DNA of 64,000 bases from the human T2T-CHM13v2.0 reference genome, Homo sapiens. Location: assembly GCF_009914755.1 (NCBI RefSeq), contig NC_060925.1, one strand, 5' to 3'. Shown piece by piece: positions 24,509 to 40,471 of the stretch. The stretch's first letter is position 1. Every line of letters starts with the position of its first letter. The notes under the pieces are model-generated. The model was given only the letters and a program-made list of their open reading frames with translations, made no database searches and was not told the origin of the DNA. A program made the translations under genes and the position numbers.

Positions 24509-27458
24509 TCATTTTTTGCCTTCACTTGGAATTGTGTGTTTAGTCCTGACTTAATCTGTTCTATAGTGGTTGGTCACACTCAGTCCTACCTCAACCATAG
24601 TGCCTCAAACTAGACCCATGATAAGGTAGATGGGAAACTCAGAGTTCTAATGAAAAAGACAAAATTTCCTTGTATTAATGCAAGCTATAAAGAGCTGTCC
24701 TAGGCATCCTGTCTATGCCAATCTGTAAGAGAATCCACTTCTCTAAAATAAGCAAATGAATAAGTAAAGTACACAAGATTAGAAATCCTTAGAATTTTTA
24801 CTTTAAAATTTAAACCCTTACCACAGATAAACTTCTCTAAGTGAATAGTTGAAATTTTTTGTGTAAAATTCAACATAGTTTTGGGGTATGAATAGCCTCA
24901 TCTTTGCCAATCTATATACTTTCTATTCAAAGCCCTAATTTTTATAGGTAGATAGAGAACTGGGCAAAATAAATTTCCTAATCATTTTGCAGGCTATAGA
25001 ATAGTACAGAGAGCGGTATCTCTGAAATGATTTGAGTATTACCCTGTTTCAAAGAAGATAAGATTTGGGGACTTCCTTCAAACACCTGCTTGGATACTTG
25101 TATACCCCACAACAAAACAGCCTAATATTTGGTGGTACAAATTTACAGAGAGAGAAGAATGCATGTTGCTTTCTTTAATGTAGGATCTTCATTTTGATAA
25201 AAGGACTTAGTGCAATATAGTTTTTAAATAATAATTTGTCTAATAATAATCTGATTTTGTTAAAAAATAGATCCATGTTGAATTTCCCACATATTAAAAA
25301 AGCAAGGTAGACATATTTCTCAAATGCATTCCACACATGATGCACTTTGTAGGTACTTATAAATCCTTTATCTTAGAGAGTATTTCTTCTCAAGTTTGCT
25401 CATTGTTGGAATGACTCCCTGTGTAATTTCCACTTACATTTAGATTTTGTTGTTTATAACAATGTGTTCCATTCAGTACAAAAGGGAAGACCATCTAGAG
25501 ATGACTCATAATCTTATAGAGGTGGTTTAGTCATAGCTTTTCTAATTCTGTTCAACCACTGGAGCTATTAGCTGTATTTCCTTCTCCCAGATCCAAACCA
25601 TAAACACCCGACTGCCTTAGCATCTGCCAGCATCACCAGGCATCTGGACCAGTGGTAACGGTGTAGCCAGAAGTCACACAGAGTTGTCCGGGTCACTTCC
25701 TTGGGCAATCTTATCCTGACCTTGGCACTAAGATCTGTTGGGTGTTGTCCAACAAAAGTTTCCTCTTGTAGTGAGAATTCACTAAGAGTGTCAAAACGTC
25801 TTTGCTTTTTGTGGGTATGCTTGGCAGGCAACCCTATTTCCTCATTTCTACTTGATTTTTCTCAACCTCCTGACTGTGTCAGCAATTGTTGACTTTTTGG
25901 TGAGTGTTAGTACCAATTTGACTTCTCTGGATGAAATAGCTGGATACTGATTTTTATTTTACTTTCTGTTACAAAGGTAACTATTTGTCTTCTTGGTGAC
26001 ATAAGTGATCTGGCTACCTGCAATGTCATTTTACTTAAGCTGTGCAGAGTGGATGAACATGATACAAAAGCATGGTTGTGTTAGGGGGACAGTTCTTGGT
26101 CTGCAAACAGTGTATTTTCAAAAGGTTTTTAAAAATTAATTTACAATTTGGGGAAGAAGAAAATGCACTTGACACCTAGGCCTCTAGGAGAATATATTTT
26201 ATAAAAATAAGTAAATATATATCTTGAGTAATATAAATGCCTTGGCTCTAGTAAACCAGGTGAAAATACTGACTCTTGGATTTATGATGTCTTAGGAGGA
26301 TTTTTTTTAAAAAGAGGATTTTCCTCATTCCAATCTTTCAAAAGCATAATCCTCTAGATTTAAAGAGATTCACTGCTGTTTGAAAGGGGTCTGAGCTGTT
26401 AAAGTTCTCTTGGGCAGCCAGCATGCTGAAGCCTCTGAGTAGGTATGTGAATCAGCAAGATATTTTTTTCCTTTTAGTTTCAGTGCAGTGGGTAAAGCCT
26501 GACAAATAAATCCAACGGGAGTAGGAGATTGGAGATGAACCGTATTTTAGTGAAAAAACTACGAACAAGAGCTGTTAGCTTATTTCTTTGCCACATAAAG
26601 CGCATAACCAAGTACAGTACTAAGTAAGTGTCCTTAAGGCACTTAAATTCTTGATGACTGACTTGCTAGAAAACCATATTCACTCACTTTGGGTGGCATC
26701 TTTTGACTGGGGATCCTTACAATGTTAGCTGTTTAGCCTTGTGCAGCTGTATACTTCTAGCAAGATCACACATGAAACTCATGCTGTAACTCAGATGAGC
26801 AGAAGAAATATGATGGGTTCTATCTATAAACCATCTGATTTTAAAGAAGAATTTCAGCGGTTGGTTTGGATAATGTCCAGTCTTTCTTAGAGAAGAATGC
26901 TCATTCTATTAGAGTTTCAATGAAGACCTAGGAAGGGAGGAATATGGCCTATGCAATCTCATGATGAGGCAGAAGAACTGAAGTCCATGGATAAAATGCC
27001 CTTAGAGTGTCCTGTGGTATTGAGGCAATACCTCTACCCACTTTTCCACCCGGGCATTTGTAGATGAGACCTGTGGCTGATGTAACCACTGATCTGGTCT
27101 CTTTCAAATTTGCTTCTGCTGACTGCAGGTCCTGAATGTCTGATGCATCCTGTAGCCCACTGGTCCTTCTTCCCTTATCCATCCCTCCTGCAGTGGGCCT
27201 TTTTGATGTGCTACTCTTCTTCAGCTCAGAATCCACAACATAAAGAAAGGACAGCTGAAGAAAGTGATTCTCAGTGTTTCCAGTTGTCTGACCCCATAGC
27301 CCTACCAGATTTACCATGACGTGTCTTGCTCGAGGAAGGAAAGGGAAGCCCTGCCCTGCATCGTACCCTCCTTTTGTTACTGAGAGCTGTGACCACTGAC
27401 TTTACTTTCCTCCCTCCTCTTTCTCTCTTCTCCAACTCAAAATACCTAGGGTCTGGAT

Positions 27459-27572
27459 TAGAATGACCAGCCATGCTGGTTTTCCCAGGACTAAGGTAGT
27501 TTTGCTGGATGTAGGACTTTGATTTTCAAAATCTAGAAAGTCTAGGCAAATTGAAAATAGTCGGTCACCTTT
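27459..27572. mobile_element. MER81 (hAT-Blackjack MITE)
   Basis: ~114 bp with TIR-like tagaatgacca ... tcggtcacct and internal 'ggttttcccaggact...ggacttt...aaagtctaggcaaa'. Confidence 0.7.
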
Positions 27573-28067
27573 TTTCTCAATTCCAGCCTATTGAGTGATT
27601 CTCAGTAGTAAATTGGGATATTTTCTCTACACACAGAACTCTATGGTCTAAATTCTTTTGATCTCGTTAAAGATATTCTGATGAGGGAGCAAATCTTTTT
27701 GCAAGATTTGCTTCAAAATGCTATTTATAAACATAGAATCTCACTCTTCTAGAACTGTGTCCCCATACCAGAAAAAGAAAATCTTGAGCCAGCTCTAGAA
27801 TATATTATACATTTAGGAAAAATAAAGAGAAAATGTGAAAACTATCATTATTATATAAAAAACTCTCCTTTTAAGAATAGAATAAGCTTATCCCATTTAA
27901 CTGAAGCAGTGATTTTCACAGTGAATTTCTATGACAGCTAAATTTTAGTGAGCTGTTTCAGGGTTTTGATTCAGCTTTCACTAAGCAATATGTGCATATT
28001 TCTTATATATATTCATATAGATGTATAGATATCTACATGTATATGTGTATATGAATAAAAACCATTA

Positions 28068-28485
<418 letters not shown>

Positions 28486-28956
28486 TTATGCATATTAATT
28501 TCTCTTGCCAGAACTTGCAACAAATTTCCTGTCATCTCACTCATAACTCTTCACATTTTAAATTACCACAAGTGAATAGAGACCATTTTTTTCTGTTTAT
28601 TGTTTTATCTCTCACACCTAGCATGACTCCAGGTCCACGGGAATATTTAGTAAACACTTTCTGAATGAGTGACTAAGTTCTGAGGTTGCAATGTTTTGTC
28701 ATTTGTAGCTATTTACCTGCAAAAATCAAAATTTTTCTATGTAGTACGCATGCAAAGCCAAAAACTGAAGCAAATGGAAAACAAGGATGATATTCATACT
28801 GTAATGTTTGTAATGGCTCTTTGAAGAATTATTTCTATTTTGTTAACTTTTGTTTTCTCAACACAGGAATAGTTTCCATCACTTAGCAAAGGTTCAATAA
28901 ATATTTTTTGAACTAGTGAAACTGGTGTCCACTGATTGCAAATATTTGTAGTCATC

Positions 28957-29433
28957 TGTGATGAGTAACGGGACCCATAGATTTACATTTCCTAAGTCCT
29001 GGAAGCTGTGACAGTTGTCTTACATGGCAGGGGGAGTAAGATTGCAGATGGAAATAAGGTTGCTAATCAGATGACCTTAAGGAATTTTTTCTAGATTATC
29101 CAAGTGGCCCAATGTAATCAGAAATGTCCCTAAATGTGGAAAAGGAAGGCAGAAGAATCAGTGATAGAATGATAGGATGTGAGAAAGATTTGACTAGCAT
29201 AGCTGGCTTTGAAAAGGGAGGGGCAGGGCACAACCCAAGGAATGCAGGTTGATGGAAAAGGCAAGAAAGGAATTCTTGCATAGAGTCTCCAGAAGGAAAG
29301 CAGCCCTGTGGCACTTTGATTTTAGCCGGGTAAGGCATGCTTTGGACTTAGGTCCTCCAGAACTGTAATATAATAAATCTGTGTTGTTTACAGACACGAA
29401 GTTTGCAGTAATTTGTTACAGCAGCAATGGCAC
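28957..29433 (+). mobile_element. MLT1D-like solo LTR
   Basis: 'ttgcagatggaaataaggttgctaatcagatgacctt...gattatccaagtggcccaatgtaatca...taatttgttacagcagcaat'. Confidence 0.82.
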
Positions 29434-29710
29434 AGGGATATATTATCAAAAGAGTAATATATCATTGTTCTCATTTTTTTAATAAGTAAATATTTTAAGT
29501 TAGAACTTATACACTACTTGCACAATACCACTCAGGTTTTATTTTGTGTCCCTCACTAGATTGTAATAAAAGGGTTCTACTTTTTGCGCTAAAAATGATA
29601 ATTTTTATATAAAAAAGGCACAATAGAACTAGCTGTTAAAGTTTTAAAATACGTTTTCTCTTACTTAGGTTTACTAAACATCTTGAGTATCTTAAAAATA
29701 ACTTTTATAA

Positions 29711-30008
29711 TTTTTTTTTTTTTTTGTTAAAGACAGAGACTCTCTCTGATACCCAGGCTAGAGTGCAGTGGCGCAATCTCGGCTCGCTGAAACCTCTGCC
29801 TCCCAGGTTCACATGATTCTCCTGCCTCAGCCTCCCGAGCAGCAGGGACTACAGGCACGTGCCACAACACCCAGCAATATTTTTTTTTCTTTTTTCTTTT
29901 TTTAGTAGAGATGGGGTTTTGCCATGTTGCCCAGGTTGGTCGTAAACTCCTGAGCTCAGGCAATCCTCAGCCTCCTAGGACTACAGGCAGGAGCCACTGC
30001 GCCCAGCT
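29711..30008 (-). mobile_element. AluS (same 'tgagctcaggcaatcc' variant), left-arm deletions
   Basis: Alu dimer on the minus strand. Confidence 0.9.
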
Positions 30009-30520
30009 TAATATATTTTTTTAATTACAAAAGTAATTACCAAAGTAATGTTCACTGTCGAATATTTGGTGAAGCAAAAAAAAGACCCTCTGTAACTCTA
30101 GTACCTCTCCCATCCAGATATAACCACTGTTAATATTTTTGTGCATATCCATCTAGCTGTTTTGAAATGTTTATATCTGTACATTTTTTTTGCAAAATTG
30201 CTATCTTACATATGACTTTAGTCAATTTTTCTTAACATTTCATACTTTTCTATATTACTAAATTTTTTTATGATACAGTTTTAACACTTGGATGGTATTT
30301 CATTACACAAAAGTTACATGATCTACATCTGTAATATTTAGGTGGTTTTGTGAAAATTTTTAGCTTCTATGTGCTTATTGTATAAGCATTCAGATAAATA
30401 AAAAGAAAATGAATTCTTATCTAACCAGAAATAACTACTGTTATCACTCCTTTTATATTCACAAAAATTAAGTGTGTGAATATCTACATATCTGTTGTCT
30501 CAGAATATATAGTTCCTGGC

Positions 30521-31404
<884 letters not shown>

Positions 31405-31933
31405 TTTCCTGGCACTTTTAATGACTTATATTTTGTCTTATTAATTTATTGTAACTTAATCCAAAATACTGTTAGCTGTTTAGTTTGTTGGCAGTTTTTT
31501 TCTTTTTAGAAACAATACTTATTTTACAAACAAATCTTATTCACATTTAAATTGCTGTCTTGTGATAACTTTAGAAAACTGATATTTACATGTAAAGAGG
31601 ATATTTACATTTCAAGGCCTTGGATTTGTATTTAGGAAGTGATCCTCAGTAACCTGAATAGAATTGCGTTCTGATTAGGAATAAACATATAGATTAATTA
31701 CCACCTGTAGAAGAAATTCAAATCTAATTGTTTTGATTTGCTTCTCCATAAATATATTATTAAGGTTTGGTTTTTCTTTCTTTCTTTTTTTTTTTTTTTA
31801 AACAAACTGACTTCCTATATGCTTTGTCCATTTTATGCTGGGATAGGCGGCAGTTTAGTAATTGATGGCAGCTGTTTACAGACTAGATTGATTTTTTTCA
31901 TAAATTTTTACATTTCACCTCTCAATTTTATAA

Positions 31934-32362
<429 letters not shown>

Positions 32363-33830
32363 TATTCACCAGTTTTTATTGCTAGTGTTTTTGTTTAATT
32401 CAACTCATTCACCCAATGTTTTTGTTGTATATAGACTTGTTGAAGATCTAGCTTATTTTCCCCACATGATTAACTAATTGCCCACTTATTAATTTATCTG
32501 CTCAGATTTGTAATGTCACTTTATACTATAGTGTCACATAATAATTTCTCATAAATACTAGGGTCTGAAGGGCTCTTTATTCTGTTTTGTTGGCTTAGCT
32601 CTTTCCTTGAGCTAGTATTTTATTGTACCCATAAATAATATTTTGAAAATGTTGATAGGTCCTTAAAAAGAACTATATTCAGTGCTTGTAGGACTTAAAA
32701 TTAGAAATATTAAAGTTTAGTGTATATTAAATCATCCTTATTAGTTGTAGTTTTCTAATCCTCTTTGTCTTCTTTTTCGCCACTTGGTGTTTGCCTGAGG
32801 ATGATGTGTCTCGTATTCCTGTGTTTCTATCAGCTTTTTAAATGCATTTGCTTTTTATACATTAATGCCATGTTATCTGATATATAGACATTCAGGACAT
32901 ATCATTTTTGTAGATTGTACTTTTGTTAATATAAAATAATCCTTTTTATGACATATAATATCTGTGCCTTTAATTCAACTTCTTCTGATATAGATATTGT
33001 CATACTCTTTATCATTCTGATATATCTTTGACTTTCCTCTCACTTTTCATCTTCTTTGTATTTTGTCTAAATTGTTTCTTGTAAGTGGTACAGTTTATTT
33101 TTTACCCAGTCATCAAATTTGTCTTCTAAAAAGAGAATCTAATTCTTGTGCATGTATAATTCAAAGTAATATATTTGTCTTTTCTACTTCACTTTATACT
33201 CTTAAAATAATTAGTAGCACTTTTTTTGGTCTTTTGTCAAATAGACTGCATTTTCTTATCAGTCAGAAAGATTACAAGAGAGCACAGTAGCATATTACAA
33301 CACAAATAGCAAATAAACAGGAGCTCCCACGAGTTAGGTCATAATATGTTCTGGGCTGAAACCTCATTTATGAGCCTATTTGTTAAAAAGCTGGACCTTT
33401 GACAAACTGAACACCTAGGTGTTAATGTGAATTATTTTTCATATCTTTTATTCTATTCCAGTATCGTAGGTATCCATCTAGTGCATCTCTACTGGATTGA
33501 GGTGTAATCTTTCCTTGCCTCCCTGCTCTTTTTCTGGTATTTACCAATTCAGCACACATGAAACTGGAATTTACAAGGTGCGTTTTTGCCAGTGTTCTTC
33601 CTAGGTGGAGTCTTGCTACTTTAGAAACACTTTATCCCAGGGTGCATCAGACCACTGTTCATGCCTAATGTGTCCAGATACTTCCTAATACTTCGATTTC
33701 TCGAAGGTATACCTATGAATTTTAAGAAAAGTACTGGCTCCACCCTTTCTCTGGCTGACATATGTCTCGTGTCATATGAATATACCTCAGTATACAGACT
33801 CAGTGTTAAACTCAACTCTGAGGTTGGAAG

Positions 33831-33844
33831 GAGAGAGAGAGAGA

Positions 33845-33876
<32 letters not shown>

Positions 33877-33898
33877 CTGTGTGTGTGTGTGTGTGTGT
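33831..33898 (+). repeat. (GA)n(TG)n compound microsatellite
   Basis: Direct reading. Confidence 0.95.
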
Positions 33899-34380
33899 AG
33901 CTGCTAGCTGTGATTCTCATTACAGCTTCCAAAATCTCATAATTAGTAGACAATCTTAGAAGATTCCAGCAACGGGTGTGCTCTCATTCTATTCCCCCCT
34001 TGCCCCATTATTTAGTGCACTTAAGAAAATCTTTTTCTGAATCTTTAAAGGTATTTTACTGAATAATTCCTAACCAAGGTTCATTTTAGTCTGGGTCTTG
34101 GCTTTCTCACTTTGTCGTTATTTCTGGATGACTGGAAGAACTGTCTCTCCGTATTTTCTTCTCCTCCCAGCCCAGTCTGCCTTACACACAGCTGTCAAGA
34201 TAATGTTCCTGAAATTTCTAATGGTTTTTATTCAGTGTATCCACTCCAGCTTAGCACAGAAGTCTGCCACCATTTGGTTTCAACCTTTTTACTTGATCCT
34301 TCTCTACTGTAACCAGACTGACCTTCTTGCTGTGTTCTAAATATTCCTGTTTTTCTACCTCTATGATTTCAGTTGTTGTC

Positions 34381-34683
<303 letters not shown>

Positions 34684-36322
34684 CAGTTATTGTCCTCTTT
34701 ACCTCGAGTATAAGTTCCTTCTTTCTCCTTTGCCTTTGCCGACTATTAACAAGCCTTTCTAGACTTCGAGGCTGGTCTCTGCAGAGCCTACTACTTCAGG
34801 AAACGTTCCTGACTTTTCTGCACGTGACCCTGCTCTCCTTTGCTGTTCGGCAGCCCTCTGTTCTTGTGTGATTCCTGTCTTTCTCCACCTAACATTAGCA
34901 TCACTTGGTTACTAATCTTTTCCCACCTAGGGTCTCTATTTTCTGCCCTAGCTCCTGGTACCATTTTACAAGTAAGTTACCGTTTAGTAGAAATTGGGAC
35001 ATTTGAAAAGTTTGCCCAACTATGAACATGGGTTGCTGTGTGATTTGGATAGTCATTTAGTAACTCTGTGCTTCTGCACAATGCCATGTAAAATGGAAAC
35101 TGAGATGGAGCTCGTCAATCTACTTCCAAAGGGTGTGATTTTTGCTCTTTGACAGACTTTCATCAAAATGTCAAAATACATTTTCCCTCTTCTACTTTAT
35201 TAGCTACTGTCTGGTAACGTTTCTGCTTCTTCCTAGAGTGGATTTTCCAGAATTTTTCCATTTTCCATCATTTCATTTTTCCTTTCTGTCCTCTTTAGAA
35301 ATAGTAGCGTCACTGCAACATAAGAACGTTTGTAAACCTCTTTTTTAGGACTGTGATCCAGTAAAGCTCACAGGTTCTCAAAGATCTTATCATAAACATC
35401 GAAGAAATGAATAGTCTAGTCATTAAATTTGAAACTTGACTTTCATGTGAAAAGTCAAATAATTTGCATAAGTAATAGCATTAGAACTAATCTTTTCCTG
35501 ACTTCATGTAAGTGGAAACACTGGAGTAGAGATGTTACAAAAGGTTATCTCCAGTTCCAGGAAGATGACCCCATACTCATGGGTCACCTACTTCCACTCC
35601 TGTAGCCCATGATAAAGGGCGTCTCCATGTTTGATAGTGTTTGAATGACTTGATACTTTCTCTTTTATACTTCCTCCACTCAGGCTCCAAGGAGACACAT
35701 TTTTTCACAATTTTTTTTTTTCCTCTTTGGAAACTTCTGTATGCTTTTTACCTTCCCTTAGTGTGTAAGTTACTTCCCTTTTCCTCTCTAGGTGCAGCCA
35801 AAGACTCTTTACAGCATTTTTAGTTCTCAATCCTATTTTCCAATTAAAAAATGATGCAGCAAATGTTCTGACATATAAACCCTATTGTTTTTCCTTTGGT
35901 AACATTCCAACCTTCCTGCAGGTTTCAGCGCTTCCTGTCATCTTAAGGTTTGGGTGTTGGCTATGTGGGTATTTTATCAAAATTCAAACTGGTATCTGTT
36001 TAGCTTATAAATGGTGACTTGATAGTAACCACAAATGCTAATGTTAACAGTTATTTTCCTTGTATGGTTATTGATGAAGGAGGATTTGATTTCAATGTGT
36101 ATTACTTTAGAAGACTTGATAAATTGTTTCTGATTAAATGTCCTCTCTTCAATGAATGTATTCCCTGTGAAGGGAAGTGAAAATTGAGAAAGGACAGCAA
36201 TGTTTGTTGTGACAGGTAAGATTTGTTTTAAGTGCTTCCTATGTGTTATCTTAGTTGGTGCCATATGGCGTTTTTAAGATAAGAAGATGGAAAGAAAGGA
36301 GTTGGAAAATTCTTTTTATAAC

Positions 36323-36393
36323 TACTTCTAGCTGAAGTGTACTTCTAGCTGAGTTTTATAAAAATATACTTCTAGCTGAGTTTTATACAAATA
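36323..36393 (+). repeat. 27-bp tandem repeat (2 copies plus a partial copy)
   Basis: tacttctagctgagttttata(a/c)aaata at 36340 and 36367; partial at 36323. Confidence 0.9.
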
Positions 36394-36715
36394 TAAAAAG
36401 GTAAAACTATAGTGAGTCTGTAATTGCATCAAATAAAATTATTTTTCTTATTCTGGTTTCTATACTTATATAGAAAGACAAGACACATTTCTTTCAGAAA
36501 CACTTTCAAAAATTTTTCCAAATTAGCTATTTCACTTTGTTCATCAATATTACATAATAATTTGAGATTAGGGAAGTGAACCTTCACTCACTTTATGTAC
36601 AGAATAACTCTTCTTTGTTCTAATAGTTGTTTGCCCTTTCTGCTTATGTGAAGATGTGAGAATTGAGAAACTAAGACCAAAAACCTGTCTGCCTTGAGAC
36701 TCAATCCTTTGTTTT

Positions 36716-36877
36716 AATGTTTCTCAGTGTATGGAGACAACTCACTTTAGAATCATCTGTGGCATTTGTTGTATTCTTGGGTGGTTGCTGAGATACACTA
36801 AACCACAGTCTCTTGGGGTAGTGATCAGGAATCTGACTTAAAATAAGTAAGCAGATTGTAAAACCAGAAACACCACA
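36716..36877. mobile_element. MER5A-like, degenerate
   Basis: 'tgtttctcag...tagaatcatctg...caggaatctg'. Confidence 0.45.
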
Positions 36878-37207
36878 GGTTTAGTTTCATTTTAAAAAGG
36901 AAATTTCCATGTTCTATTTTCCCCTATGACTAAGGGCACAGGAGGAATTCAGTCTAGATGTGTCTGGAAATTGTGGTAGGACTACATATTCAAACAGTTT
37001 CTGTGGATGGAAAAATTAGTTTCTGTATGTCCTTGTTCACTTGAAAGGGAGGCAAGAACTATTAAGAGTATCAATTGAATGACTTATATATGCTAGATAT
37101 TCTGTCAAAGGGAATGGCAAGCCCCAGGGTCATGGGCTGTGGGATGACAATCCTAAGAGCAAGGATATGTAGGTCTCTGGCTCTTTCCTTGTCTGCCATT
37201 GCTTTGG

Positions 37208-37412
37208 GACACTGCATAGAATAAAGAACTTGAAGTTAGAGTTAATTTTTAGACCCGGCTCCATCACTTATTTGGTCTAGTTGCTGAATCGTTTTGTTCA
37301 TATCTGTATACATGTCTAAAATGGGGGTAACCACAGATTCTCTAAGAATTAAATGAGATGATACATGTTTGATGCTCAGCATCATTTTCGTCTCATTTTA
37401 AGCCCTCAATCT
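37208..37412 (+). mobile_element. MIR
   Basis: 'cccggctccatcacttat...gtctaaaatgggggtaa...aattaaatgagatgatacatg'. Confidence 0.65.
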
Positions 37413-39687
37413 TAGAGAAGAACAGGAAAAAAAAAAAGGAGACTATTGATTACAGAAACCTAAGAATTCTGATGAACCAGATGATATCAACTAACATGAT
37501 GAGAGTAGACAATCAGTTTATGCAACTCTCTTCATTGTAGCATCTTCAGCAAGTCATCTTTGTTTCATCATAACAATTTAAAGATTAGCAGTCTGAGATG
37601 GAAGAGAATCCCTAAGTTTTCACTCTGATCTCAATTCAGAAAGGTTCTTTCTAGGAGTTTTATTTTTTTAATTATTTTACTTTAAGTTCTGGGATACATG
37701 TGCTGAAGGTGCAGGTTTGTTACATAGGTATACATGTGCCATGGTGGTTTGCTGCACCTATCAGCCTGTCATCTAGGTTTTAAGCTCCTCGTGCATTAGG
37801 TATTTGTCCTAACGGTCTCCCTCTCTTTGCCCCCCACCCCCCGACAGGCCCTGGTGTATGATGTTCCCCTCCCTGTGTACATGTGTTCTCATTGTTCAAC
37901 TCCCACTTATGAGTGAGAACATGCGGCATTTGGTTTTCTGTCCCAGTGTTAGTTTGCTGAGGATGATGGCTTCCAGGTTCATCCATGTCCCTGCAAAACA
38001 ACATGAACTCATTCTGTTTTACGGCTGCGTTGTATTCCATGGTGTATATGTGCCACATTTTCTTTATCCAGTCTATCATTGATGGGCATTTGGTTTGGTT
38101 CCAAGTCTTTGCTATTGTAAGTAGTGCTGCAATAAACATACGTGTTCATGTGTCTTCATAGTAGAATGATTTATAATTCTTTGGGTGTATACCGAGTAAT
38201 GGGATTGCTGGGTCAAATGATATTTCTGGTTCTAGATCCTTTAGGAATCACCACACTGTCTCCCACAATGGTTGAACTAATTTACATTCCCACCAATGTG
38301 TAAAAGCTTTCCTATTTCTCCACATCCTCACCAACATCTGTTGTTTCCAGACTTTTTAATGATCACCATTCTAACAGGTGTGAGAGGGTATCTCATTGTG
38401 GTTTTGATTTGCATTTCTCTGATGACCACTGATGATCTTTTTTTCATATGTTTTTAGGCCACATAAATGTCTTCTTTTGAGAGGTGTCTGTTCATATCTT
38501 TAGCCCATTTTTTGATGGGGTTGTTTTTTTTTTCTTGTAAATTTAACTTCCCTGTAGATTCTGGATATTAGTTAGCCCTTTGTCAGATGGATAAATTGAA
38601 AAACTTTTCTCCCATTCTGTAGGTCGCCTGTTGCCTCTGATGATATTTTCTTTTGCTGAGCAGAAGCTCTCTAGTTTAATTAGATCCCTTTTGTCAATTT
38701 CGGATTTTGTTGCAATTGCTTTTGGTGTTTTAGTCATGAAGTCTTTGCCCATGCCTGTGTCCTGAATAGCATTGCCTAGGTTTTCTTCCAGGGTTTTCAT
38801 AGTTTTAGGTTTTACATTTAAGCCTTAATCCATCTTGGTTAATTTTTATATAAGGTGTAAGGAAGGGGGTCCAGTTTCAGTTTTCTGCATATGGCTAGCC
38901 AGTTTTCCCAACACCATTTATTAAATAGGAAATCCTTTCTTCATTGCTTGTTTTTGTCAGGTTCGTCAAAGATCAGATGGTTGTAGACGTGTGGTATTAT
39001 TTCCAAGGCCTCTATTCTGTTCCACTGGTTTGTATACTTGTTTTTGTACCAGTACCATGCTGTTTTGATTACTGTAGCCTTGTATTATAGTTTGAAGTCA
39101 GGTAGCATGATGCCTCCAGCTTTGCTCTTTTTGCTTAGGATTGTCTTGGCTATATGGACTCTTTTTTAGTTTTAAGTGAAATTTAAGGTAGTTTTTTTTT
39201 TTCTAGTTCTGTGAAGAAAGTCAATGGTAGCTTGATGGGAATAGCATTGAATTTATAAATTACTCTGGACATTATGGCCATTTTCACAATATTGATTCCT
39301 CTTATCCCTGAGGATGGAATGCTTTTCATTTGTTTGTGTCCTCTTATTTCCTTGAGCAGTGGTTTGTAGTTCTCCTTGAAGAGGTCCTTCATGTCCCTTG
39401 CAAGTTTTATTACTAGGTATTTTTTTCTTTGTCGCAATTGTGAATGGGAGTTTACTCATGATTTTGTTCTCTGCTTGTCTATTATTGGTGTATAGAAACG
39501 CTTATGATTTTTGCAGATTGATTTTGTATCCTGATACTTTGTTGAAGTTGCTTATCAGCTCAAGGAGTTTTTGGGCTGAGAGAATGGGGTTTTCTAAATA
39601 TACAATCATGTCATCTGCAAACAGAGACAATTTGACTTCCTCTCTTCCTAATTGAATACCCCTTATTTGTTTCTCTTGCCTGACACC

Positions 39688-39816
39688 TGATAGTAGGGTG
39701 TCAATTTTAGATCTTTGTCGCTTTCTGATGTGGGCATTTAGTGCTATAAATTTTTCTTTAAACACTGCTTTAGCTGTGTCTCATAAATTCGGGTACTTTG
39801 TCTCTTTGTTCTAACC
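39688..39816 (+). repeat. 129-bp exact copy of 40841-40969
   Basis: Base-by-base identical on manual comparison; the ORF track shows the same peptide [26 protein letters not shown] twice. Confidence 0.97.
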
Positions 39817-39820
39817 ATTA

Positions 39821-40471
39821 CTATGTTGAATAGGAGTGGTAAGGGCATCCTTGTGTTGTGCCGGTTTTCAAAGGGAATACTTCCAGTTTTTGCCCATTCA
39901 GTATAATATTGGCTATGGGTTTGTCATAAATAGCTCTTATTATTTTGAGATATATTTCATCAATACTTAGTTTATTGAGAATTTTTAGCATGAAGGAGTG
40001 TTGAATTTTATCGAAGGCCTTTTCTACATCTATTGAGATAATCATGTGGTTTTTGTCACCGGTTCGGTTTATGTGATGGATTACGTTTATTGATTTACTT
40101 ACGTTGAACCAGCCTTGCATCCCATGGATAAGGCCGTCTTGATCATGGTGGATGTGTTGCTGGATTTGGTTTGCCAGTATTTTATTGAGGATTTTTGCAA
40201 CAATGTTCATCAGGGATACTGGCATGAAATTTTCTTCTTTTGTTGTGTCACTGCCAGGTTTCGGAATCAGGATGACGCTGGCCTCATAAAATGAGTTAGG
40301 GAGGAGTCCCTCTTTTTCTATTGATTGGAATAGTTTCAGAAGGAATGGCACCAGCTTCTCTTTCAACCTCTGGTAGAATTTGGCTATGAATGCATTTGGT
40401 CCTGGGCTTTTATTGGTTGGTAAACTATTAATTACTCCCTCAATTTCAGAACTTGTTATTGGTCTATTCAC
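39821..40471 (-). pseudogene. L1 ORF2p remnant (Z region / start of RT)
   Basis: [42 protein letters not shown]; flanked by frameshifts and stops. Confidence 0.92.

Noticed and set aside
35436-35458. Near-palindrome ttgacttt-catgtga-aaagtcaa
   Set aside because: 8-bp AT-rich stem; expected by chance in 64 kb.
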